Part shown: piece after piece, positions 51,143 to 64,000 of the stretch | How positions within the stretch are numbered: position 1 is the stretch's first letter | Layout of the letters: every line of letters begins with the position of its first letter | NCBI GenBank assembly: GCA_010093605.1 | Contig: MU004196.1 | Span: 952,606 to 1,016,605, forward strand | Reading direction: 5' to 3' | Source of the DNA: Lophium mytilinum | Lineage: Eukaryota | DNA length: 64,000 nt | The notes under the pieces: generated by a model | What the model was told of the DNA's origin: nothing | Database searches by the model: none | The model's input: only the letters and a program-made list of their open reading frames with translations | Made by a program: the position numbers and the translations under genes

Positions 51143-54100
51143 ATAATATCTACTAAAGATAGTATTACGGCCGCGGCCGGAGTAGATAGGATTAAGAAGC
51201 TAGAGTCCTTTAATAGATAGAATACGTAGGAAAGGGAAATCTGTAACTAGATTATAATAAACGGTTACGGGTCTCTACTACACCGCCACTAGTATAGACC
51301 GGCGTTAGTAATAAGAGTAAACCCTTTAGTAGAACTAGGTATAAATCTAATAGCAGTATAATAAATAGTATATATAAATAAGTTATAACTCTTTAAAGAG
51401 GATCTTAAATAAGTAATAATTACTCTCTAGCCCTTACTAAATATATAGGAAGATAAATAAGAAAGAGTATACTTCTTAATCTAAAACTAATGCGGAACTA
51501 ACGCGCGAAATAAAATTACTAGAGTTGACACTGCCTATAACATTCTAGCAACACTTAACCGCTGCTTCTATCCTACTAGAAGTGCGGAATTTATATTACT
51601 TAGAAAGAAGTTTACTACTATTACTCTTACTAACTATAAAGAAATTAAGAACTATATAGAAAAACTATAAGAAGCGTTTACTAAAATATGCGCATTAGAC
51701 CTACGCTTTATATAAGATAAGGTCTATCTTTTAATGCAATTCCTTAAGGGACTTAGGCCTAGCTAGCGCATATTTAAAATAGCGTTTAGCTAAAAATAAA
51801 CGCTTATCCTACTCTAAGATAAAGATAGCGTTATTCTAGAAGAACTAGTTACCTTTAGAATAGCTATCTAAGCCGCCGTCTATAAAGAGAAACTTTAAAA
51901 AAACCATAAGGGTAATAATATAGCTATAGTAGCCGCTAAATTCTACTTAAAGGGTGCTAGGGCACCTAAGAAATATAAAGGAAATAACTTTAAGAAATAC
52001 TTCTACTATAGAAAAATATATTATACTATAGAAAACTATTTTAAGCTATATCTAGAACAACGCCTCGCATTTAAAACCCGGAAATAATAACAGGAAGAAG
52101 ATAGAACTAGATCTTCTAGTAATAAGAAGGCTAAGAATAATACCGGAACTACTTATACCGCCACCCTAGCCTTCTAATTTCTAGAAGAGATCTCGTATAT
52201 TATAACTATAGTAAAAGAATCTACTACTAGCCTCTAAGATATCTAGCTACTAGATATAGGCTACTTAATATACTACTCTAGTTTCTATAATGCCTTTATA
52301 CTATCTATACTATATAGCTATTTAGAACTAGGCCTTAGAGATATTAGAGAATCTTACTTTTAACCTAAATCTATTAGAACCGTTAGGCTTAAGTACTATA
52401 GTAATAGAAAGAAGACTATACTACTTCTTAAAGATACTCTCTATATTCCTACGCTAGAATATAACCTAGTTTCTATCTTCTAGCTTCTTTAGATTAGAAC
52501 TAGTATTTCTTTTAATTCTAACGGGGCTAATATCACCTAAGAAGATAATACTTTTCTAGCACCTAAATACAACAGAGTCTACGTTCTTAATCTTTAATAG
52601 CTAATGCAAATTAGTATAGCTGCATACTAAATTAGCAATTAAAATAATTAAATCTAGTATAAATAGTTAGGCTACCTAGGTAATTAAGTAATCTAGAAAC
52701 TAAAAATAATATCTACCGGAATAAAACTAGTACTAAAAGGATACTTATGCGAACTATATATCTAAGAAAAAATAAAAGCAGGACCTTATAATTAGTATAA
52801 TAAATAAGGCGAATTCCCTCTTAAATTTATCTATATAGATATATCTAGACCCTTTAAAATAGCATATAATAGATGTAGGTATTAGGTTACCTTTATCTAT
52901 AATAAAACCTAGATACTCTAGGCATAGCCGCTAAGAATAAGAAGTAAATTCTTCTTCTACCTAAAGCTTCTAGCTAATATATATAAAACCCGTAAACGGC
53001 GGATCTATTAGATATAAATAGATTAGGCTAGAGAAAATATATCTAGACTAGTTTAGAACTTCTATAAAGATAGAGGTATCCTCCTTAAAATAACTAAATA
53101 AGACTAGCATTAGTTAAACGGTATAGCTAAAGTAATTAACCGTATACTTCTTAGTAAAATAAACCCTATACTTATGCAATCTAGCCTCTTAAAAATATAC
53201 TGGCCTAAGGTATTATAAGCCGCCGTTATAATTAGAAATTAAAGCCCTAGCTTAGTAATACCTACTACTTCTTATAAAGCATAGATAGGCGACGTTTCTT
53301 ATCTTAATTAGTTATAAGTAATAGGTAGTAGATGCTACGTCCTTAAAGTAGAAGCTAAGTAAAAGAAATTAGGTTTTTCCCGCTTAGAGGACTATATTTT
53401 AGTAGGATATTCCGGAGAATAAAACTACTACCTACTAAACTAAAATAACTATATTATTATAGTAAAAGATATTATCTTTATAGAATATCCACTATATATT
53501 ACTTTCCTAGATAATTAGATAATAGAAGAAGGAGGGAAATATATAGTTCCTCTACTATCTAAATAATAAAAACGCGCTTAATTACTAATAAGTAATATAG
53601 AAGAGCTTAAACCTTCTACTAAACTAATAGAGAAAGATATAACGCTTACTATTGCACCTTCTAAAGTAAAAAGACAACCTACTACACGCTAAAACCTATT
53701 ACTAGCTAGGGCACGCTTACTAGATTCCTTCTATAATATATTAGTTAACTAAGATAATATAAATAACTCTAATTATTAAGGCTCTAAATTAACTATTTAA
53801 CCTAACTATAGCTAACTACTAAGCCTAGAAGTAAGACCTTTACCTTAGCCTAGGAAATAAGTACCTATATAACTACCTCTATAACTACTACTAAAGCAGG
53901 CACCTCCGTAATTAAGGCCGGCCGTACCACCGCAGTAGCTACTATAGTAGCTACCTAGGCAAGCACCCAGGTAGCTACCTCTATAGCTAAATTCTATAAT
54001 TAGACGCAAGCTAGACTATTACAGGCCTAGAAACCTAGTTAAACCTATAATAGAACTACCTAGAATCTTTACTTTAGATATTCTCTATAAACTACTAGCT

Positions 54101-55759
54101 AAAGTTCTTTTAAACTACCCGGTACTATATATTTTAAACCGCAAAAATAAAGGTTTATAGAGAGAAGACGCATTATAAAACCTATATAGGCTATTTATAC
54201 TTATTAGTATAGCTATAGAAGAACCTTTTAAGCTAAAAATAATAGTATAAGCGCAATTAGACTTAATATAGCTTAAATAGAAAAAGGTAATAGAAGAGAA
54301 AACCGGCTCCCTTATTACTAATAGCACCTAGACCTTAGTTAACGCTCCACTATATTAATAAATACTCCGCGGTAAATAGGTATATAAACTTAAACGCGGA
54401 CCTAATAGCAAAGTTATCTAATATAAAGCTTAATAGGTTGTTCGCGGCTTTAAGTAAGAAGAAGGTATAGATTATAATAAAACCTTCGCCTCTATAGTTA
54501 AACCTATAAGCTATAAAATAATTTTTGCAATAGCCGCCACCTTAGACCTAGAAATTAAATAAATAGATATTAAAACCGCCTTTCTATATAGTAATATTAA
54601 AGAAGAAATTTATATTAAATAACCCTATAGAATAGAAGATAATATATATAAGGTCTACTACCTTAAGAAAGCTCTCTACGGATTAAAATAATTACCTAGA
54701 ATCTAGTACTATACGCTTACTACTTTCCTTAAAGGCCTAGGCTTCTCTCTACTAGATTCTAACTTAGAAGTATTTTTAAAGGGTTACAACTTTATTATAG
54801 TATATATTAATAATCTACTTATTACAGGTCTATCTAAATCTAATATTAAGATTATTAAAGATACTCTTAGTAAGCACTTTAAAATATTAGATCTAGGCGC
54901 ATGCAGCTACTACCTAGGCATATTAATTACACGTAACTAATAGAATTACAGCTTAGCGCTTAGCTAAAGGGGATACCTCTTAAAAGTTCTTTAGGAATTT
55001 AACCTTACTAATAGGAAGCCTATAGCTACCCTAATAGAGACTAGCAATATAGACCTAGCTAAGAACGGCTATACTACTATAGAAGCTAACTAATTCTAGT
55101 ATATAAAAGTAATTAGATCCCTTATATATACTATGCTTAGAACTTAATCTAATATTACATTTTTAGTATCTATATATAGCTAACACCTTATAAACCCTAT
55201 AGCTATACACGTTAAAGCTATAAAATATATTATATATTACCTAAGAAGAACTCTTAACCTTAAGCTTATATATAAAGAACTACTCCAGCTACTTATTAAA
55301 TATACTAACTCTAACTAGGCTAGTAATTAAGCAACGCGCTGTTCTACAGCTAGATATATCTTTAGTATTAGAAGTAGAGTTATTAGTTAGTTATCTAAAT
55401 AGTAAACCGTTATTACACTCTTATTATATAAAGCGGAATATATAGAAGAAACCTAAGCTACTAAGAAAGCTATATAGCTACGCTCTCTTCTTTAAAAATT
55501 ACTAGCTATAGAAGAAGTTCTAGTAGCTACTATTATCTACGGCGATAACTAAGGAGCTATTACGCTAGTAAAGAACCTATAGTTCTACTCTAGATTAAAG
55601 CATATTACTATCTAATACTACTATATTTAGGAAAAAGTTACTAATAATACTATAGACCTTAAATTTATTCTAACTAACTAATAGGTAGCTAACGGCCTTA
55701 TAAAGGCACTTCTAAAGGACTGTTTCTTACTCTTTAGGTAAGCTCTAGAACTTAAATAA
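51143..55759 (+). pseudogene. copia gag-pol polyprotein, RIP-disrupted
   Basis: De-RIP reading: zinc knuckle CxxCxxxxHxxxxC (~52000), WLLDTG (~52245), integrase IHxDISGP (~52830) and NGxAE, RT GKWVYKLK...YKARWVVRGF (54371), MDxKTAFLYG, VYxDDLL, RNase H YTDSDWAG, KHIxIxYH, VADGLTKAL. Gag start, RT and stop share one frame. Confidence 0.92.
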
Positions 55760-57488
55760 ACTTTCTCTCTAGATAAGGGGGAAAGTTAATACTCTAGCTA
55801 CGCACGTTTAAATTCTTAGCCTAATTAGAGTAATATTTAACTTCCCTATATAATTTATACTAAGCTACTAAAAATTAGTCTTAGAATTATATTTTCTATA
55901 TATAAATTTTTATTAAGAAAATTTCCGCTAAGCACGCTAAGATACTACCTATTAATAACTAAGTGCTAGGTATATTAGAACTTCTACTACTTAATAATTT
56001 CTACTTCTCTAAATCCTTAAAGTTACACTAGAATTTAAATTTAGCACCTAAAACTGCTAAGTTAAATTTTTCTAACTTTTAAAAAATTACAACTCTTTTA
56101 ATTCTTAACTAATCTTAATAAAAAGTATACTAAAATATTAGTACTACTAAGCTCTCTAATATAGACTTCTTAAGAGTTCCTCTACTCCTCTTCTTAGCCT
56201 ACCTTAGATAATTTTCCGCTACTATTACCTGCTTTACCTACTTCTCTAAGCCCTATTATTTCTAATAGACTTCTAGACCTTCTAAGTAACGCTCTAGCTA
56301 ACCCTCTAGTAGCCTTACTAATTATTTCTGCCTTCTTTACTATAGCTATATTAACTCCTCTAGCACTAGCTCTTTCTTTCTCTCTTAATATTTTATCTAA
56401 TTATAAGCCTACTTCTAACTATAATTAGGGCCTTCTTAACTATCTCTAGGCCTATAGTAATAGAAGATAGGTATAATATAAATCTTATAATACTTCTAGA
56501 TTATCTAAAGCTTTATTTTCTTAGGAAGCTACTCTTTCTTTAGATTCTTCTAAGATTAAAACTAGACCTAATACCTTTAGAAGAAGAGAAGTATAAGAAG
56601 AACTTCTTAAGAAATCTAGTTCTAAAGATAAGGTTTCTACTCTAGTTCTAGTTTAATCTAATCTATCTTCTATTATTATTTCTAAAGTCTCTTTATCTTT
56701 CTTTTCTCCTCTATTCTCTTTTAGAGCTCCCCCTTACTCTTCTTCTACTACTTCTTCTACTCCTACACCTTCCCCTGCTTCTAGTTCTTCTCTACCTCCT
56801 CTACCTTCTTCTAGTTCTTATTATCTAGATTCCCCTCTCTATGCTAGATATATTAGCATTAGAACCTAGACTATCTTCTTTTACTTAGTTAATTCTTCTT
56901 AAACCTTTACTTCTAGCTTAGAAGGATATATATCTCTAGTTTTTAAGGAAATAGCAAGACCTATATATATCCTCTATACTAAAATTAAGGGGATTTAGAA
57001 GAGGAGAGAATATTAACCTTCTATTTTAGTTTCTTTCTATATCTATCCTTATAGACATATACTTAATAATACTAATAATTCTATCTCTATTTCTTCTAAC
57101 TCTTCTATAGAATTCTGCTAGGCATTCTAGACTATAAAAAATATAGAGTTTTTCTATTACTATAAGTACCTAGAAGTTAAGAAGAATACTATTAGGATAA
57201 TCTCCTCTATACTATCTAAACCTAGATGCAAATTCTAAACTATATATTAGAAGGCTTAGAATAAGGTAGAGGGAGTAGTTATTTAAGAGGCTAAAGATAA
57301 GAATATAGATCTTTCTATAGAGAAGGAGGTATATTACTAGAAAGTAAATATATTATAGAAGAAAGTAATATAGCTAGCTGCGCGTCGCGCTATTAAAGGG
57401 AACTACTAGATAGTAAGGTATAGAAGAAGCTTTCTATCTATAGAAGTTTCTAAGCTATTATATATTCTCTTATATTATTATATAGAAG

Positions 57489-57623
57489 TATTAAAAGTAG
57501 CTTATTAAGCTAGTATTCTAATATAAGAGAACTAGGCCCTAGAATAGGAGCTAGTTTAGATATATAAGATAGCCTTAGCCTACCTCTAGTAGATAATAAA
57601 TTAACTTAGTATTTCTTTTAATA
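57489..57623 (+). repeat. 3' LTR of copia element
   Basis: Direct repeat of 50083-50217 followed by TSD CTAGC. Confidence 0.95.
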
Positions 57624-58101
57624 CTAGCTAGCAGACGTAGCCTTAAGGGCTTGCGGGCGTTAGTATATAGAACGCCGGCGTCCGGCTAGGCGTATATATA
57701 AATATCCTGCATATAAACATCTATTATATGCTATACGCTAGAGCCTATTATATATAGAACTATAATAACTGCCCTAAATAGAAGAGATATTATTATTCTT
57801 AATAACTATATCTAAGCTATCCTTTAATTCCTAGATAATAACGTTTAGAGAATAATAACACCTTATAATTAATAGCGGGCGAGTAAGTAATAGTTAACGG
57901 TGGCGTAGAAGATAAAGCCGTAAAGGATAACGGGTTTATAGAAGTTGTGCAAGCCGACGGCTTCGTAGGCTAGTAAAGCTATCGGCGGGCGGTAAAGTAG
58001 TAATAGCGGCCGTAAAAGTAATATATAGAAGCTAATAGCGGGCGCGTAAGTAATATAGAGGGTGTAAGAATAAAGAGGTTTAAAAGATAATATTATAGTA
58101 G

Positions 58102-58168
58102 GTAATTAAGCTAGAGTAATTAAGCTATAGTAATTAAGCTATAGTAATTAAGCTATAGTAATTAAGCT
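58102..58168. repeat. 14-bp tandem repeat (gtaattaagctata) x~5 near 3' end of gypsy pol
   Basis: Directly visible tandem units. Confidence 0.9.
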
Positions 58169-58976
58169 TAGAGCTAATAAGCGGCTTCTTTATAGTATAG
58201 GTAGGTAGCGTATATTATAGTCTCTAATTATATTATTATTAATATCGCCTTTATAAATCTAGAAGTTATACTTAGAACTATATTCCTTCTACTTAATAAG
58301 GTATTACTTAAATAGCTTCTTTAACTTACTATATCTACGCGTATAATAGGTAAGAATTTACTCTACTAGATAGAAGGCGCTAGTATTATTATTCTATTTA
58401 TCTTCTATAGCTACGGGCTCTATTACTTTAGAGCTTTAGACGTTTTTATAGAGGTCTTAATTTTAGAGTATAGACTTAAGCTACTCTATAGAGATAACTA
58501 GATATATTTTCTAGCTATTAGGGAGATTAATTTTATACGCGTTCTTACTAACTTTACATTTAACTATTCTAGGGCCGACACGCTGCTAGCTAAACTTTCT
58601 ATCTAGTTCTAGAATCTTATAGCCCTTATAAAGGCGTATATATACTAGATTACCTATATTAAGTTATAGTAGAGATTAGGTCTTATTAAAGTATAGCTTT
58701 ATACGTACAGCTGTAAAGGTAATTATATCTATAGCCTTATTACAGGCGAGTTTATAGGCGCGTAAGAAGTTAGAAGCGTCTTAATTAAGTAGTTTATTAG
58801 TAGTACTTATAGCGGGCGGCTTATTTATAGGGTCTATAGATAGCGGAATTATAGTAGAAGCCTTTATAGCTTCTATTCTACTTATAGTAGTTAGTAGCTT
58901 AATAGTACCGCCGGGGGGGAGAATAAATTATACGTGCCTAATAGAGGTCTTTAACGGGCGCTAAATAGTAAGTATT

Positions 58977-59056
58977 TCTAGAACGGGGCTATCTAGAATA
59001 GAGCTATCTAGAATAGGGCTATCTAGAATAGAGCTATCTAGAACGGGGCTATCTAG
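58977..59056 (-). repeat. 15-bp tandem repeat x5, in frame within gypsy pol
   Basis: tctagaacggggcta / tctagaatagagcta / tctagaatagggcta / tctagaatagagcta / tctagaacggggcta. Confidence 0.9.
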
Positions 59057-61786
59057 TATATATTTATAGAGTATAAGCTCTTTTCTAAAGTTAATATTAG
59101 CTTACTCTAGTAATAATACCTATATAGGCCGTGGGAGCCCTTTATTAAGATAGAAGCTATAGATAATCTTATTTAGAGCCTTTCTAGTAGACTAGTTTAT
59201 AGAGTTATTTAGAATATAATATAATATTAAAAGAAAATATAGCTAGTCTTTATATTCTTATAATAGGTAGTAACGCAAGGCTATCTTAACTATCTAATTT
59301 ATGCGTTCTAACTAGCTATCTATTTAGGGGTGGTACGCTATTAATATTAAGATCTTAGTCCCTAGGTATTTAAATACTAATTTCTAGAAGGCGCTAATAA
59401 ACTTTCTATTTTAGTCTATAATAGTTACTGCTAGTATACTCTAATCTATAAGTAGGTTAAGTATAATACTAGCCTAATTCTTAGCTATATATATATCTTT
59501 TCTAGGGCCTATAGTAACGCGTTTACTAGCTTTATAGATAACTATAACTATAGTATTAAAGCTATTAACTTCTAGAAGCCTAATAATAAAGTCTATTAAT
59601 ACTATATAAAATAGAATAGGCGGCGTCTAGATAGGTATAAGTACTCTATATAGCTTATAACGGGTTATTTTATTAAGGTAGTAGACCTAATAGTATTACA
59701 TATAAATATTAAGCTATTAGCTTAAGCGCCTAATATAGTATATAGTATAGACGCGCTTATATATATAGTAGAAGCCGGTGTATATAGTATTAGCTTTATA
59801 ATATTCTTAGAATATATCGCTCTCTAGACTCTTAGGCACGTATAGCTATAGGCGGCTATTAAGTACATTCTAGTAATATAAAAGGTTATAATGCAGCTAG
59901 AAGGGGACACTAAAAGAGAGAGTCTAGGCTTCTTAGAGTAGTAATTATATTCTAGCCTAGTACTTATTATTTTTATAGGCCTAGATAAGAGCTTATTAGA
60001 AGTTATTAGCTAATTTAATAACTATAATATAAAAGGTATAGAGGTCCTTATTAGAAATAGGCCGCCTAGTATAGGTGTAGAAGATAAGCTTCTTAAGTAT
60101 ATTAGAGGTAGAGTTACTAAGCCGCTTATTAAATATAGGCAGCTATAATAGGGCGTTAGAAATAATATAAAGCTTACTAGGCCTATAATAGATATCTAGA
60201 TAATATTAAAATAGATACTAAAATGCGCGCATAAGCTATAAGTTTAGCTTATTAGTTATAGAGGTAGTAAGTAATAACGCCTTTATAATTACTATTATAG
60301 CGGCGTAATTAGTAATTACTACTATAGGCTAAGTATTTACTAAAATTATTTAGTAATAGTAATATACTACCTAGATAAGGCAGGCAACCTTAAGCTCTAT
60401 TAGCTAGTAGTTCTACTCTATAGCGGAGAGAAGCTTACTTAGAAATAGAATGGGTTAAATTTTACTACGCTTAATATTCTTAATCTATTTAGGGTTTCCC
60501 TAGATATAATAGACTATAATACTAAAGCTATCTTTATACGTATTAATATTAATATATAGCCTATAGGCGAGGTTATAGTATATAAGTATAGTTTTCTAGA
60601 TAAAGACTCTTTAAATACTATTATAGGCCTTGTATAGTCTAGAATTAGTCTTACTAATAGGCGTTATCTATATATAGCGCAGTTAAGTATAGCTAGTAAT
60701 AGGGGCGTTCTTTAATAGCTGCGTCTTCTTCTACTATAGAGCTTTTAAGATCTAAAAGTAGTACGCTATATACTAATATATCTATCTAGTAACGCCTAAA
60801 TAGTATTCTAGGTTCTTAAGTATTTATAGAAACTTTAATCTATAGATTACTATAAGCTTATTAGTAGTAGTTATAATTCTAAAGGCGTTAACCTTCTACC
60901 CTAATAGCGTAAGGGATAGATACCTAAAGTAATACTTAGATTCTTTAAGTATAAGGCTTATTTCCTAGAGTATAATAAAAATAGCTTATAGATACTATAG
61001 ATAGTCTTAAAAGGTCTTACTTATAATAATAATATTATTAATATAGGCCTTATAAAACGTTAATAGCTTATAGATATAAATAAGCCGCTTAATCTAACGC
61101 TATATATAGCTAATAGATCTATAGTACCCTATAATAGTAACGTTAAAATACTTCTATCTATAGTAGAAGATAACTATAAACTTAGAGTAGTTATTATATA
61201 CTACTAGCTATTAATAGAAGAAGAAAGCGTAATCTACTATTAAGATATAAGGATAGCTAGTAATAAAGAATATAATCTCTTCCTATCTTAAGAGCGGATA
61301 GCTATCTTTAATAGCAGCCCTATTTAAGCCTTAAATATTAATAACTATATAGCCCTTATAAGTTAGGGTTCTATTTATAGTAATAGTATAATAAATAATA
61401 AAGATAGAGAAACTATAGCATATTAGGCCGGGCCCTAACTACTCTATCTATTCTTATATATAGAGCTTATTAAACTTAGTATCTATAAGGGTATATTTCT
61501 ATAGTCTAAGTAGGTATATATAATAGGTAAGCTTAGCTTTAGAAAGGTCCTCTATAAAAGAAAGCTATAGCTACTAGTTTTCTAGAATATTAGCTAGCTT
61601 CCTGTTATCTATAAAGAGTAGAAGAAAGTTATTAGTAATATTATATATATATAAGGCAGCCTCTAGGGTATTACTATAGATTATTATTCTAAAGGGGCTA
61701 TTATATTTAGTATTTAGTTTAAGGGCGTAGGCGGGGGTAATAAGCGGCCCCTTACTTTTAGGGTTAGCTGTGCGGCTATTAAGGCG

Positions 61787-61928
61787 CTTAATAGAGTTCC
61801 CGGAGTTATACTTAATAGGTTCTCCGGAGTTATACTTAATAGAGAGCCTAGAGTTATACTTAATAGATTCTTTAGAGCTATACTTAATAGGTTCTCTAGA
61901 GTTATACTTAATAGAGAGCCCGGAGTTA
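61787..61928 (-). repeat. 24-bp tandem repeat x6, in frame within gypsy pol
   Basis: cttaatag-N6-c(c/t)(g/a)gagttata units from 61787. Confidence 0.9.
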
Positions 61929-64000
61929 ATAAGGTACTTAGTACTCTTAATTTAATTAGTATAAGTATTATATACTACTAGAAGAGGGAATCTAGAAGTA
62001 TATAGCTACTAAAGTAGTATATAAAGCGTAGCTAGAAGAGTATTAGCTACGCCGATTTAGTATATAGCTTTATTAATATAGTCCTCTAGAATACTAAGTC
62101 TAGCGTTGCGGGTAATAATATATAGTAAGTTTAAGTTATTATAGATATATATAAAGCTTGCGTTAATATTAATAAGATAAGTATATACTCTATTCTTCTC
62201 TCTAAGCCTAGGGTAGATTAATATAGCGGGTATAAATAGGTAGTTCTAGTTAGGCAGCCGTTAACGCCCTTATATAAGCATTAAAACTATTATAATAGAG
62301 TATATAGCTACTATTATTACCGCTTTAGCTCTTATAATATAGTATTTCTTAGAGACTAAGACTACTTTATCGCGGGTGTATATAGTAATAGGTACTTTAA
62401 GGCTCTAATAGCTTTCTATTTACAGCCTTTAAGTCTTTAAGTTAACTGCTATAGCCTTAAGGTATATAATATTAGAGCTAAGAAGAAGGTTTACCTTTAG
62501 ATAGTTAATAATATAGGCTTTAAATTAAAGTACTATAATAGTTGCGCTATTAATAGATAGAATATATAGGCTTATAATAGTAAATTCTATTAATAGGGTA
62601 AGCTTATTATCTATACCTTATACTATAACTTTATAGTCCGTTATAATAAGCTTATATAGGTTATTTTACTAGGCTAGAAAGTTCCTTTCTATAAGTATTA
62701 TAGTATTACTAGTATCTAGTATAATATCTATAAGCTCTCCTAGTTCTATTAGGGCGGCTTTTATTATAACGTAGTAGTAGCTATAGAAGGTAAGTTCTAA
62801 TCTAAGCGTTAGATATATTACGAATAAGGTAATTAGGCAACTACTTATAGCGGGCTAAGTACTTATAATAAGGGTAAGGCTCTAATAAGCGGCTTATTTA
62901 GCGGCCGGAGTCTATATTTAAGACGCCTAAGTCTAGTATACCTTTATTTAAGACGCCTTTATATATTAGGCGCGTTAATATACTAGAGCGGGGTAATATA
63001 TACTTTAGAGGTGCTTATATAGAGCGGAGTTTAATAGAAAGCTACTCTTATAGGTATAGTATATCTTCTTAGGCTGCTAGAGGGTAGCTAGTAATATAGT
63101 AGCATTAAGTACTATAATACTACTATTAATAAACCCTACATCTATAATATTATTATCTTTAACGCCTAGTTTACTATAATTCTAATTATTATTATAGTTT
63201 ATATAGCCTATCTAGATAAGCTATTCTTTAATACCTATATAGATATTATACTAGTAGTAGTTATCTTAGTTTTAAAGGGGCGGCTTCTTAAAGTTACTTA
63301 TAGACGTATTATTTATAGACATTCTATACTACTACTTACTATAATAATTATTACTAGCGGACCTATAGATTCTTATACCGCTAGAGGCGTTTAAGCTATT
63401 AGCTATATAGCGCTATTTATTACCGCTTATAATCTATAGTAGCTAATAAGCTAGGGGGAGAGCTAGTCTTAATATTATTATATTAGCGTTTTATTACTAT
63501 AGAGTATAAGTATTAGAGTAGTTATTAGAGTAGTAATAGTTACTACGTCTTCTAAACTAGTTTAAGTAGCTGCCTTAGTACTACTAGGCGGAGCTATATA
63601 AAGGGTTCTAACTCTAGCTCTAATAATATTAGAGGGTAAAGAAAAAAGTATACTAACCTCTAGTAGTTATATAGAATAAAAAGCGGAGAAAGACGTTAGC
63701 TAGATTACTCTAGTTATTATATCTAGCTTCTAGCGTCTATATAAAGTTATAGACAGCAGTAGTAGCTATTAGAGGGGAAATACTATTTCTAAGTAAGGGG
63801 TTAATCTCTTTCTAGATATATGCAAGCCTATTACTGCTATTATTAATATTAGAGTTTAAGTTAGTAGACTTTATATAGCGCAGTATATTATAGATATATA
63901 TTAATACGCTTCTATAAGTATAAGTATTTCTAAGAGTATATATTAATAATATAAGCTTTATAAGAGACTATATTAGTAGCTCTTTAAACTAGCGTATAAG

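Larger units (their letters stand above)
50083..57623 (+). mobile_element. Full-length Ty1/copia LTR retrotransposon, RIP-inactivated
   Basis: 135-bp LTRs, 5-bp TSD CTAGC (50078-50082 and 57624-57628), PBS ggttataagccc right after the 5' LTR, domain order gag-PR-IN-RT-RH. Confidence 0.95.
49750..64000. other. AT-rich, RIP-mutated transposon block
   Basis: Abrupt drop in GC, very high TpA, near absence of CpA/TpG while CpG survives, almost no ORFs; retroelement motifs recoverable by reversing C>T/G>A changes. Confidence 0.95.
57629..64000 (-). mobile_element. Ty3/gypsy chromovirus-type LTR retrotransposon, RIP-inactivated, truncated by window end; left boundary approximate
   Basis: Minus-strand de-RIP motifs, those checked being in one frame: protease LDTG (~62716), RT VDIRGLN..KDSYPL and AYIDD (~61048), RNase H YWPTELEVACLVW, integrase AYHPQTDGQSER (~59338), chromodomain YLIKWKxYG (~58303). 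Confidence 0.92.

Noticed and set aside
54115..54327. 70-aa minus-strand ORF in the AT-rich block
   Set aside because: Chance open frame antisense to the copia pol.
58102..58168. Regular short repeats resembling a CRISPR or telomeric array
   Set aside because: No spacers, not TTAGGG, eukaryotic retroelement context; a simple minisatellite.
61770..61955. 61-aa plus-strand ORF with ELYLI repeats
   Set aside because: Antisense shadow of the RIP-mutated 24-bp repeat in gypsy pol; non-ATG start.

Overview
Eukaryotic DNA from a filamentous ascomycete (Pezizomycotina), judged from short GT-AG introns with CTAAC/CTGAC branch sites and typical fungal proteins. Bases 1 to ~49,750 are gene-rich euchromatin with about 16 genes: a GH92 alpha-mannosidase (5'-truncated), a conserved single-pass membrane protein, a GPI-anchored PI-PLC-like protein, a DUF7918-like protein, STS1, MTR4, COX8, ELP1, an Ecl1-family protein inside ~12 kb of gene-poor DNA, a MET22/HAL2-like phosphatase, a Tag1-like protein, ARG3, two tandem F-box-like paralogues, a CCE1/Ydc2 resolvase and a processive GT2 glucan synthase. 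From ~49,750 to the end is an AT-rich block heavily mutated by RIP. It holds a complete Ty1/copia element (135-bp LTRs, CTAGC target-site duplication) and a minus-strand chromodomain Ty3/gypsy element that runs off the window. The most notable observations are an apparent extra antisense, possibly spliced, gene inside the copia element; recurrent C/A-rich to G/T-rich strand-skew switches that ignore gene structure; the divergent Ecl1/MET22-like pair with sulfur-regulon-like motifs; and membrane-tailed tandem F-box proteins. None is proven novel from sequence alone, and family assignments come from motif recognition, not database searches.
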